Of a DNA stretch of 64,000 nucleotides, positions 9,321 through 18,295 are shown one piece after another. The first letter of the stretch is position 1. Each line of letters begins with the position of its first letter. A model generated the notes under the pieces. It searched no databases. It saw nothing but the letters and a program-made list of their open reading frames with translations, and was not told where the DNA came from. The DNA lies in the NCBI GenBank assembly GCA_964501035.1, contig CAZCRK010000001.1, positions 1-64,000 of the forward strand, written 5' to 3'. Made by a program: the position numbers and the translations under genes.

Positions 9321-10873
9321 AATTCTTAGAATCAGATGTATTGATAATTGGAAGTGGTCTTGCTGGGGCAACATCAGCAATTACTGCCGCCGATGAAAAT
9401 AAACATGTAATTTTAGTTACTAAAACAAAAGATTTAAAAAGTGGCAACACTCCCAACGCACAAGGTGGAATCGTTTATAAAGGGTTAGATGATTCACCCG
9501 ACAAATTAAAAAAAGACATCCTCGATGCCGGGGCAGGACACTGTTGGTCGTCTGCTGTTGATCAAATTTGTGAACAAGGTCCAAAACTTGTTGAAGAATT
9601 TTTAATAAAGAGACTAAATGTAGATTTTGACAACTCAAGTTCATGCAAAGATGGTTTAAGCAGAACATCTGAGGCAGCACATAGTGATGCTCGTATTATT
9701 CATAGTAAGGACAGAACTGGTTCTGCAATTCACGATGCTATAATCAATGCATTAGAAACTCATCCCAACATTACTATTATAAAAAACCATACAGTGAATG
9801 ATATTTTAACTCTTTCGCATCATTCTTCGTTATCCAAAGATATATATAAAAAGCCCGCATGTTTTGGAGCAATGGTCATAAATAACGATTCATGTGAAAT
9901 TTTTCCAATATATGCAAAACGGACTATTCTAGCTACGGGTGGCCTTGGACAAATTTATTTACATACATCAAATCCTATTGAATCAACGGGTGATGGCATT
10001 GCGATGGCTTGGCGGGCAGGTGCACGATGTTTTAACTTGCAATATATTCAATTTCACCCCACCACTTTGTTCCATGAACGGGATAGGTTTTTAATTTCAG
10101 AATCTGTTCGTGGTGAAGGTGGAAAACTAATCGATGTACATGGTAATGAATTTATGCCAGCTTTTCATAAATTGGGTTCATTGGCACCGCGTGATATCGT
10201 GGCTCGTGGTATTCATCAAACCATGCTTTCAACACAACACCCCTGTGTCTATTTAGATATTTCATTTAAAGGGTTAGAGTGGGTAAAAAAACGCTTCCCA
10301 CTTATTTTGAAAAACTGCACGGAACGGGGAATTGACATTACCAAAGAACCCATTCCAGTTGTGCCCTCTGCCCACTACAGCTGTGGTGGTGTTGGGGTAA
10401 ACCTAAAAGGACGCACATCTTTGAAAAGATTGTATGCAGTCGGTGAAGTTGCCTGCACGGGTGTACATGGTGCCAATCGTTTAGCGAGTACATCTTTATT
10501 AGAAGCACTTGTTTGGGGTTATATTGCCGGCAAGGATGCAACACAATTTAGGGAAGGAGATGATCATTTTCCGGAAATGCATCCATGGGTAGTAGAGAAA
10601 GAAATAATTGACCCAGCCCTTATAGCACAAGACTGGCTTACCATTAAACATACAATGTGGAATTATGTAGGATTAATTCGAACCCGCCAACGCTTACATA
10701 GAGCCCAACTAACATTGAGGCATTTACAAACCGAAATTGAAGATTTTTATCAAAAAGCAAAACTAACACCAGATATTATTGGACTTCGTAATGGAATCCA
10801 AACCGCTGTGGCAATTGTTTCGGCAACTCATGAAGCAAGAGAGAGCCGCGGAACCCACTTTCTACAAGAATAA
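9317..10873 (+). CDS. nadB: L-aspartate oxidase
   Basis: IIGSGLAG, AQGGI, LATGG, QFHPT, ESVRGEGG, LAPRDIVAR, GVHGANRLASTSLLE, ESRGTH. Start extended to an in-frame CTG at 9317 (see findings). Confidence 0.95.
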   Translation: MKFLESDVLIIGSGLAGATSAITAADENKHVILVTKTKDLKSGNTPNAQGGIVYKGLDDSPDKLKKDILDAGAGHCWSSAVDQICEQGPKLVEEFLIKRLNVDFDNSSSCKDGLSRTSEAAHSDARIIHSKDRTGSAIHDAIINALETHPNITIIKNHTVNDILTLSHHSSLSKDIYKKPACFGAMVINNDSCEIFPIYAKRTILATGGLGQIYLHTSNPIESTGDGIAMAWRAGARCFNLQYIQFHPTTLFHERDRFLISESVRGEGGKLIDVHGNEFMPAFHKLGSLAPRDIVARGIHQTMLSTQHPCVYLDISFKGLEWVKKRFPLILKNCTERGIDITKEPIPVVPSAHYSCGGVGVNLKGRTSLKRLYAVGEVACTGVHGANRLASTSLLEALVWGYIAGKDATQFREGDDHFPEMHPWVVEKEIIDPALIAQDWLTIKHTMWNYVGLIRTRQRLHRAQLTLRHLQTEIEDFYQKAKLTPDIIGLRNGIQTAVAIVSATHEARESRGTHFLQE

Positions 10874-10878
10874 TTAAA

Positions 10879-11310
10879 ATGAATAATCAGCAAATATTAT
10901 ACCCATTTTTTGGGATGATTTTACTATCATTTTTAACAATTTATCATCATCTTTTTACCACATTGAAAGCCGTCAGAAACAAAGAGGTGCGATTTTCCTA
11001 TTTCAAATTATTTTCAGGAACCAGTGCTCCAGATTATTTAGAAGCATCAAGAGAACATTATAAAAATATTTTTCAAATTCCCATTTTATTTTATGTACTC
11101 GTTTTGTTTTTGTTTGTTTCTGATGCAGTGCAGTTCCAAGATTTAATATTTGCTTATGCATTTTTATTTTGGAGAGTGCTACACTTTTTAACCCGAGTGT
11201 TTGTTTATGAGTTTATACGATTACGATTTTATTGTTTTGTATTTGGTGTGATAACAATCACCATTCATTGGGCTATTGTTTTCAACAGGTTCATTACGCT
11301 TGCAGAATAA
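10879..11310 (+). CDS. MAPEG family membrane protein
   Basis: Several TM helices; HYKNIFQIPILFY and R-x-x-H motif (WRVLH). Confidence 0.75.
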   Translation: MNNQQILYPFFGMILLSFLTIYHHLFTTLKAVRNKEVRFSYFKLFSGTSAPDYLEASREHYKNIFQIPILFYVLVLFLFVSDAVQFQDLIFAYAFLFWRVLHFLTRVFVYEFIRLRFYCFVFGVITITIHWAIVFNRFITLAE

Positions 11311-11539
11311 GCAAAACTAACCAAGGTGTAAAATTAAAAAATGTAATTAAAAGCTTATAATTTGCTAAATATTTATACATTGCAACAACTACACTCTTTT
11401 CTTCCATATTGAAGGCCCACTTATGTACTTTCACAACAAAAGCTCTAAAAGCAACAATAGATATTGAAGTAATCAAATACACACATATGTTTATTATCAT
11501 GCTCCAAAAGAAAAACTCCTGTAAGTTTGAATATGTCAT
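11294..11539 (-). CDS. Small membrane protein (DUF6868-like)
   Basis: 81 aa, two TM helices, YKLLITFFNFTPWLVL tail; AGGA upstream of the start. Confidence 0.6.
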   Translation of the reverse strand: MTYSNLQEFFFWSMIINICVYLITSISIVAFRAFVVKVHKWAFNMEEKSVVVAMYKYLANYKLLITFFNFTPWLVLLILQA

Positions 11540-11630
11540 TATGCCATCCTTGATTTAAATAACTAATCTAAAATTACAAAAATCAAAATTGAGGAGCAAA
11601 GTAAACTTTTGTTTTATAATGAAACTTGAT

Positions 11631-12467
11631 TTAGCTACAAATTATATTGTCTATCAATCGTACTTTGCCAACATACACCGCAAGACTTATTAGCACTGTG
11701 CCCTTAACTTCTGTTTCAACTTCAATCAACGTGTTAATATTAGCAATTGAGATATAGTCAATTTTAGAGTTTGGGATTGAATTCAGAGCATCAAACAATT
11801 TTTGTTTTATTTTAAGCACATTTGTTTCACCATTTAGAATTACACTTTTTGCATCAACAAGGGCATGGTATATTTTGGAAGCTTCCATTTTTTGTTGTGC
11901 TGATAAATGTGAGTTTCGAGAACTCATTGCCAGCCCGTTTTGCTCGCGAATAGTTTCACATGGAATGATAGTTACTTGATAATTTAATTGTTCCACCATA
12001 GCTTGAATAATCAAAAGTTGTTGGGCATCTTTTTGACCAAAGAAGGCATGGCTTGGCTGGAATAAATTAAACAATTTTGCTACGATTGTACAGACACCAT
12101 CAAAATGACCTACACGGCTTTTCCCTTCAAGGCTGTGAGATAGTTTGTTTTCGGAAACACTAATTGAATGATGTTTCTTGTACATTTCTTCAGAACTAGG
12201 GATAAAAACAGCATCAACATTGTATGTTTCGAGTAATTGTAAATCTTGTTTTATAGAAATAGGATAGTTTTTAAAATCATTAGCATCTGTAAACTGTGTA
12301 GGGTTTACAAAAATACTTACTACAGTTTTTTTACAGGTTTTTAGAGACTTTTCAACAAGAGATATGTGTCCATCATGAAGCGAACCCATAGTTGGAACCA
12401 ACCCAATGGTGCTACTTGTTTGTTTTCTCCACATTATGCACTCTGAAACCATGGAGAAAGTTTTCAT
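11631..12467 (-). CDS. panC: Pantoate-beta-alanine ligase
   Basis: VPTMGSLHDGH, SIFVNPTQF, GHFDGV, FGQKDAQQ, GLAMSSRN, RLIDN. Confidence 0.97.
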   Translation of the reverse strand: MKTFSMVSECIMWRKQTSSTIGLVPTMGSLHDGHISLVEKSLKTCKKTVVSIFVNPTQFTDANDFKNYPISIKQDLQLLETYNVDAVFIPSSEEMYKKHHSISVSENKLSHSLEGKSRVGHFDGVCTIVAKLFNLFQPSHAFFGQKDAQQLLIIQAMVEQLNYQVTIIPCETIREQNGLAMSSRNSHLSAQQKMEASKIYHALVDAKSVILNGETNVLKIKQKLFDALNSIPNSKIDYISIANINTLIEVETEVKGTVLISLAVYVGKVRLIDNIICS

Positions 12468-13297
12468 TGCTGTAGAGAATTAATTATATCCATCGCAATA
12501 TGTGCTGAATGCTGTTCAGATGGAAACTGACCGCTTTCAACATCATTTTTATACGCTACCAAGTGTTCTGATATAGATTCACTTAGCTTTGAATATTGAT
12601 GGGTATGCTTTGGCACAAACGTTCCGAACAGGCCTAAAATATCATGATAAACCTGTATTTGACCATCACAATATGGGCCGGCACCAATTCCAATGGTTGG
12701 AATGGAAATAGAATCTGTGATGAGTTTTGCAAGTTCCGCCGGAACACCCTCTAAAACGAGAGCAAAGGCCCCCGCTTCTTCTACCGCCCTTGCATCAACG
12801 AGTAATTTTTTTGCAGATTCAACGTCTTTGCCCTGTACTTTATAACCACCCATTTGATGGAATGATTGAGGCGTGAGACCAATATGTGCTAAAACAGGTA
12901 TTCCTGCACCCACAATTGCTTCAATTCTATCACAATAAATTTTTCCGCCCTCAAGCTTGACAGCTTCAACGCCTGAATCTTTAATAAATCGACCTGCATT
13001 TTTTACTGCATCTCCAACCGAAGTTTGATACGACATGAATGGCATATCAGCAACCACAAAAGCCGTTTTAACTCCTCGTGAAACGGACCGAGAAACAAGC
13101 AACATTTCGTCCATTGAAATAGGGATAGTTGTATCGTATCCATACATAACCATTGCAGCACTATCACCGATAAGTATTAAGGGAATGCCGGCATTATCTA
13201 CAAGCTGAGCTGAAGTAAAGTCGTAGGCTGTTAGTGTAGAAAAAGGTTTAGTTTGATGCTTAAACTTTTGAAAATCTTGAACGGTAATTTTTTTCAC
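12464..13297 (-). CDS. panB: 3-methyl-2-oxobutanoate hydroxymethyltransferase
   Basis: LTAYD, LIGDS, ADMPFMSY, VKLEGG, HIGLTPQ, IGIGAG, DGQ. Confidence 0.97.
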   Translation of the reverse strand: MKKITVQDFQKFKHQTKPFSTLTAYDFTSAQLVDNAGIPLILIGDSAAMVMYGYDTTIPISMDEMLLVSRSVSRGVKTAFVVADMPFMSYQTSVGDAVKNAGRFIKDSGVEAVKLEGGKIYCDRIEAIVGAGIPVLAHIGLTPQSFHQMGGYKVQGKDVESAKKLLVDARAVEEAGAFALVLEGVPAELAKLITDSISIPTIGIGAGPYCDGQIQVYHDILGLFGTFVPKHTHQYSKLSESISEHLVAYKNDVESGQFPSEQHSAHIAMDIINSLQQ

Positions 13298-13300
13298 AAA

Positions 13301-13678
13301 TTAATAAACTAATGTTTCTGCTGTTTCGGTTGAAACTACAGAATTTGATTTATCAACGTGAACAATTGTTGGAGTATGTGAAGAGGCTTCAACTTGAGTT
13401 AATTGGCAATATGACACTATTATCACCAAGTCGCCCTGTGTTACCAGGTGTGCAGCAGCACCATTAATGCAGATTTCACCCGACCCGCGTTTACCCTTAA
13501 TAACATACGTTTCTAAACGATTGCCATTGGTAATATCCAACACATGTACTTTTTCATATTCAATTAAACCGGCTTCATCCATCAAATTTTCATCAATAGT
13601 GATGGATCCGACATAATCTAAATCTGCTTCAGTCACTGTAGCGCGATGAATTTTACATTTCATCATTTCAATAATCAT
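13301..13678 (-). CDS. panD: Aspartate 1-decarboxylase
   Basis: [16 protein letters not shown] (G-S self-cleavage site), [15 protein letters not shown]. Confidence 0.97.
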   Translation of the reverse strand: MIIEMMKCKIHRATVTEADLDYVGSITIDENLMDEAGLIEYEKVHVLDITNGNRLETYVIKGKRGSGEICINGAAAHLVTQGDLVIIVSYCQLTQVEASSHTPTIVHVDKSNSVVSTETAETLVY

Positions 13679-13879
13679 AATTTCCCCATGATACAGACGT
13701 CAAATTTAATAGTTTTGTCTAATAAATACCAAAATATCAAACAATGATAATAAATTGTCTGAATTTATTAATTATCTGCGAGAAATTGTTTGTTATTCGC
13801 CTAAAATCTTAATATTTTTCCTGCTATAGTTTCAGCTATAGATTACTTCAATGATGGCCAAAACAAGGTTAAAAGAAAA

Positions 13880-14788
13880 ATGCTAAACAGATTTAAACTT
13901 TCAATAATTGTATTACTACTTCCACTTTTTGTTCTAAATTGTGGCTATTTAGGTCTCTCAAAATCAACAAAAAAAGAGACAAATACCGAAGAGAAACAAG
14001 AAAAAGCAAAACCAAAACCAGCCGGAAGTAAAAAATCAATAAAAAAAGAGACTCAAAAACCTATTAATGAGAGTGATATGCAGACTATCATTGATGATTT
14101 GAGTATTGAAATTAAAAAACTTCAAGCAAATCAAGCCCGTAATCAAGATCAAATTGATGAACTCAAAGCACAAGCTGCAATTTGGGGAAACCCCTTTTCT
14201 ATATTTAACAAAGAAATTCTGTTAGATAACGGAACAACCGTTTATGGCAAGATAACCTATCAAGATACAGATTTGATAAAAGTAGAAACATTGATTGGTA
14301 CGCTAACTATTGATCGAAAAACGGTTATAAGAGTTGTAGAAAATACAACATCTTTAGAACCCGTTCAGGGTGAAGAAACAACTGAAAACGAAATTGTCCT
14401 CTCTGAAGAAACACCAGTTGTTGAAAGCGGTGTGGACTTAATTGAACGTCGGCAGGGCGGGCCAGTTGCAAACCTTATATTAATGGGTACAATTTCAGAA
14501 AACAAGGATAGTTCCGGCAACACCTCACTAACAGGTGAAATCAAAAATATTGGCACACATCGTGCAGATTTTGCTAAAATTAATTTTATAATCCGACAAA
14601 ATTGGTCAGGTCAAACCAAAACATTAACTGCATTTGTTAAAGGGTCATATCATACATTTGATTCAGATATCACATCAGATTCAAGCATTATGCCAGGTGA
14701 AACAGCGACCTTTGAGCTTATCATTCCAAGTGGTTTTGGCTCATTTATTGGATACTCGTATACCATAGATTGGGAGCAATATGATTAA
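13880..14788 (+). CDS. Putative lipoprotein with coiled coil and C-terminal Ig-like (FxLYD/DUF3426-like) domain; first gene of motor operon
   Basis: Signal peptide ending VLNC; Lys-rich linker; coiled coil; LTGEIKNIG...IMPGETATFEL beta-sandwich pattern. Confidence 0.6.
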   Translation: MLNRFKLSIIVLLLPLFVLNCGYLGLSKSTKKETNTEEKQEKAKPKPAGSKKSIKKETQKPINESDMQTIIDDLSIEIKKLQANQARNQDQIDELKAQAAIWGNPFSIFNKEILLDNGTTVYGKITYQDTDLIKVETLIGTLTIDRKTVIRVVENTTSLEPVQGEETTENEIVLSEETPVVESGVDLIERRQGGPVANLILMGTISENKDSSGNTSLTGEIKNIGTHRADFAKINFIIRQNWSGQTKTLTAFVKGSYHTFDSDITSDSSIMPGETATFELIIPSGFGSFIGYSYTIDWEQYD

Positions 14789-15395
14789 CCCGCGATTTGG
14801 ACATCTTGTCCTTTACGTGATATTGTTGGGCTTTGTTTTTTCAAAGGATGTTATTTTATGGGATTTGGGTATTGTAATTTCAGATAATCCCCCAAATACT
14901 AATATTCATCAACCAGACGAAACTCTAATTATTAAAGAAAAACAATTGGGTGTGATATCATCACCAATGCAAGCTTCTGTTCATAAAATAGAAAACAATT
15001 TAGTTTCCGCTACAACAGCTAAATCACAAAGTCAATCATTGAGTGAAACAAACCAGCCAACACCATCATTTAAAAACGCAAAACAAGCAGTGTTAAAAGG
15101 TAAATATATAGAAGCACTTGATATTTTTAATTTAATAGATGCAAATTCAATTCAGATTTTAACTTGGCATGTTACTGCATTGGATAGATTAGACAAGCAT
15201 AAAGAAGCGCTTCAATTAATTGAAACATCAAATTTTATGAATGATAAAGTACTTTTTATGAAGGGGCAACTCTTGAGTTCAGCAGAAAATGTTCCAGCAG
15301 CCTTGGATTGTTTTAGGGGGCTGGTGGCTGAATATCCTCAAAGTGATTATTTAGCAAGTGCAAAAATTCAAATTTCTATGTTGGAGAAGAAATGA
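14781..15395 (+). CDS. Exported TPR-repeat protein (CpoB/BamD-like C-terminus)
   Basis: Signal peptide; C-terminal LFMKGQLL...FRGLVAEYPQSDY TPR pattern; overlaps both neighbours. Confidence 0.65.
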   Translation: MINPRFGHLVLYVILLGFVFSKDVILWDLGIVISDNPPNTNIHQPDETLIIKEKQLGVISSPMQASVHKIENNLVSATTAKSQSQSLSETNQPTPSFKNAKQAVLKGKYIEALDIFNLIDANSIQILTWHVTALDRLDKHKEALQLIETSNFMNDKVLFMKGQLLSSAENVPAALDCFRGLVAEYPQSDYLASAKIQISMLEKK

Positions 15396-16735
15396 ATCTT
15401 AAAACGTTATATTATTTTGGACTACTTTTAACGTTAACATTTGCAAACTCACGCGTATCGTTCTCTAGACCCGGTTCTATGATGAGTATTCCAGGATACT
15501 CACTATCTGAGACAGATAATTTGTTTTCTGTTGGGATTGCAACAGAAATAGTGGATTTAAATGAATCTAATCAATCAACATCTGCATATTTTAATTCAAT
15601 TACTAACTCGGGTGTTGGGCTTGGCCTTTCTGTTGTTCAACATGCCAACCCATTTTCGCCTATTGATGAAGACTTTGCCAATTATGAACCCACGACAGAA
15701 GTGGGTATCCATTTTCAAAAAAAGGTATATTCTTATGGCAATGTAAAAATTGATTTAGGTGTTCAAGATGTAATTTATGAAAGTGAATCCACCAATAATA
15801 CATTATCTCTTTTTGCAAATTTTTCTAGTCATAAAGAGTTTGATAATTTTGCACTAACATCATTATTGGGGTTCGGAACAGGTAAAATATCGAATGACCC
15901 TCAAAATTTTGCAAACACAAATGGTGAAGATGAAGAAAGTTCATCGGGTGTTTTCTTGGGCTTTCATCTGAATACTCCATATCTCAAAAATAATGGTGGT
16001 GTTAACATTATTGCAGAATATGATGGCCAAGGTGTAAATATGGGATGTGAAATTCCTCTTACATCAGAATACAGAGTTGGTCTAGGAATTACAAATTTTC
16101 AAAACTTAAGTGAGTTTGGCACCCAAGGAGATACTGAAGCTGAAGACAGATCTCTTCTTGCAGATGCTCCAGCAATTTCATTTGGAATTAGTATGAACAT
16201 TCCTCGAATTAAATCATCATTTGATGAGACATCAGGCCCCATTAGCAACTCATACGAATTGCCAGAAGACTTAGTATCAGCAGAACATGCCTATAAGCAA
16301 GCTGGAGATATTATTGCAAATTTAAGAGACTCTCTTAAGGTTGCTCAATTTGAGCTTGATAACATATCAGATTCAAATATTAACTTAGCTCAAAAAACGC
16401 ATGTTTTAGAAGATTCAACAAGAAAACATTATCTAGATGTACAGATTTCAAAATCAAATTTAAACGCAGCTATGCGACATCTTTCAAAATCACTTCGATT
16501 ATTTTATGAGCAAGAATATAAAGAAGCTTTAAAAGAAGCGAATCGAGCAATTGAGTTAAACCCAGAATTAGCGATTGCTTATGCGCGAAAAGGGTCTATT
16601 TATTTCAAACTTGGCGATCAACAACGAGCAACTATTAATTGGAATATAGCACTTAAACTTGATCCGGAATATAGTGAAGTGAGAGATATGTTGCAGGCGA
16701 TCAAGGAAAACAGATTGCGTTCAGTAGAATTATAA
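15392..16735 (+). CDS. Predicted outer-membrane beta-barrel (YjbH-like) fused to coiled coil and C-terminal TPRs
   Basis: Signal peptide; amphipathic beta-strands (FSVGIAT, LGLSVV, VFLGFHL, IIAEYDGQGVNMG, ISFGISMNIP); coiled coil; TPRs (AIELNPELAIAYARKGSIY, ALKLDPEY). Confidence 0.6.
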   Translation: MNLKTLYYFGLLLTLTFANSRVSFSRPGSMMSIPGYSLSETDNLFSVGIATEIVDLNESNQSTSAYFNSITNSGVGLGLSVVQHANPFSPIDEDFANYEPTTEVGIHFQKKVYSYGNVKIDLGVQDVIYESESTNNTLSLFANFSSHKEFDNFALTSLLGFGTGKISNDPQNFANTNGEDEESSSGVFLGFHLNTPYLKNNGGVNIIAEYDGQGVNMGCEIPLTSEYRVGLGITNFQNLSEFGTQGDTEAEDRSLLADAPAISFGISMNIPRIKSSFDETSGPISNSYELPEDLVSAEHAYKQAGDIIANLRDSLKVAQFELDNISDSNINLAQKTHVLEDSTRKHYLDVQISKSNLNAAMRHLSKSLRLFYEQEYKEALKEANRAIELNPELAIAYARKGSIYFKLGDQQRATINWNIALKLDPEYSEVRDMLQAIKENRLRSVEL

Positions 16736-16745
16736 AGGGGAAACA

Positions 16746-17549
16746 ATGGATTTAGCCACAATATTAGGATTGTTTACGGGACTAGGGCTCATAGTAAGTG
16801 CTGTGTTTGTTCAGTCTTCAGGTAATGATGCCTTAGGACTTGTTGATTTTTATGATACTGCAAGCTTATTGATAGTTTTGGGTGGAACCTTAGCTGCAAC
16901 TGCAGTTGCTTTTAGGTTAGCCGAGGTAAAACGTGTAATTTTTCTAATAAAACTAGTATTTCAAAAACCTAATTTTAATTTTAAAGAAATCGTAGAAGAT
17001 ATTGTTCGCTTAACAGAAGTAAATAGAAGTTCAGGCATCAAGGGTTTAGAGGACGAAATATCCAAAACCAATGACCCCTTTTTACGTGATGGAATTGAGT
17101 TTATCACCTATGGATATTCACTTGAAGATATCAAAGATATCCTTGTTCAAAGAGAACAATTTCGCTTTAAAAAAGAATCCCATGAATCTGATATGATTAA
17201 AACATTGGGAACATATTCACCTGCTTTTGGAATGATTGGAACGCTCATTGGCTTAGTTTTAATGTTAAAAGGAATGGGTGCCGGAGATAGTGGCGGAATG
17301 GAAACCCTAGCTTCTTCAATGGCTGTTGCTTTGGTTACAACATTTTACGGTACTTTTTTTGCCAATTTAATATTTAATCCTTTTGCAGAAAAGATTAAAT
17401 CACGCAACAAAGACAATAGCCAAAAAGCAAAATTAATTATTGAAGGTGTGTGTCTTATTCAACAAAAAATACACCCAATTCAAGTACGAGATAAAGTAAA
17501 CTATTGTATTTCACCTGCAGAGCGTAAAACAGATGACGGATCTAAATAA
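16746..17549 (+). CDS. motA: Flagellar-type stator subunit A (MotA/PomA family)
   Basis: MDLATILG, LIVLGGT, PFLRDGIE, PAFGMIGTLIGLVLML, MAVALVTTFYG, ANLIFNP, IIEGV. Confidence 0.92.
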   Translation: MDLATILGLFTGLGLIVSAVFVQSSGNDALGLVDFYDTASLLIVLGGTLAATAVAFRLAEVKRVIFLIKLVFQKPNFNFKEIVEDIVRLTEVNRSSGIKGLEDEISKTNDPFLRDGIEFITYGYSLEDIKDILVQREQFRFKKESHESDMIKTLGTYSPAFGMIGTLIGLVLMLKGMGAGDSGGMETLASSMAVALVTTFYGTFFANLIFNPFAEKIKSRNKDNSQKAKLIIEGVCLIQQKIHPIQVRDKVNYCISPAERKTDDGSK

Positions 17550-18270
17550 TCAAATAGAAGAACAATCTTCCGGAGAAACTCAGTCGTGGTTAATGACCTA
17601 CGCAGATATGATGACGCTTTTGTTTGCATTCTTTGTATTATTGTATTCAATGTCATCTCCTGATCCAGTAAAAGTTTCTCAAATGCAAGAAGCGGTTGCT
17701 AAAGATAAAGGTCTTACAACTGATGATAGTGAAAGTGTTCGAGAAGAGTTAAAATCTCAAAGTGAGATTCATGAAGAATTTAAAGACATTGTTGAAGATT
17801 TAAATCTTGAAGACGTAGCATCTGTAACACATGATCAACGTGGTGCTGCTATTGAGTTAAATGGTGACTTTTGTTTTGCTTCAGGGAGTACGGATCTTCA
17901 TGAAACATTGGTTGAGCTATTAGATAATGTTGCTGAACGATTACTATCAAATAAAAATGATTATAGACAGGTCATTGTTGAAGGGCATACAGACAATGAA
18001 CCAATTCCTGGGAAATTAAGATTAAAATATCCAACAAACTGGGAATTATCTGCGTCAAGAGCATCAATTGTAGTAAATTATCTTATTAATAAATCGGTAA
18101 TGTCTGGTAGATTAGTTGCTTCTGGCTATGCAGATAGATGGCCGGTTGAGGCGAGTTGGCATGATGTAAGAAGTGGCAAACTTGATGAAAACTTGATTGC
18201 CTCATTTAATAATACAACGGAACAGAAACGTAAAAATAGACGAATAAAAATTATTTTTTCAAAAAATTGA
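17533..18270 (+). CDS. motB: Flagellar-type stator subunit B (MotB/PomB family)
   Basis: WLMTYADMMTLLFAFFVLLYSMS with conserved Asp; OmpA-like peptidoglycan-binding domain (VEGHTD, NWELSASRA, KNRRI). Confidence 0.92.
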   Translation: MTDLNNQIEEQSSGETQSWLMTYADMMTLLFAFFVLLYSMSSPDPVKVSQMQEAVAKDKGLTTDDSESVREELKSQSEIHEEFKDIVEDLNLEDVASVTHDQRGAAIELNGDFCFASGSTDLHETLVELLDNVAERLLSNKNDYRQVIVEGHTDNEPIPGKLRLKYPTNWELSASRASIVVNYLINKSVMSGRLVASGYADRWPVEASWHDVRSGKLDENLIASFNNTTEQKRKNRRIKIIFSKN

Positions 18271-18295
18271 AACAAAGTAGGAGCTAATAGTAAAC

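Noticed and set aside
16746..18270. MotAB as Zorya (ZorAB) anti-phage system, or as ExbBD/TolQR
   Set aside because: MotA lacks the long ZorA tail and there is no ZorC/D/E; the B subunit has the flagellar WxxTYAD motif and an OmpA-like domain, and FliG is co-encoded.
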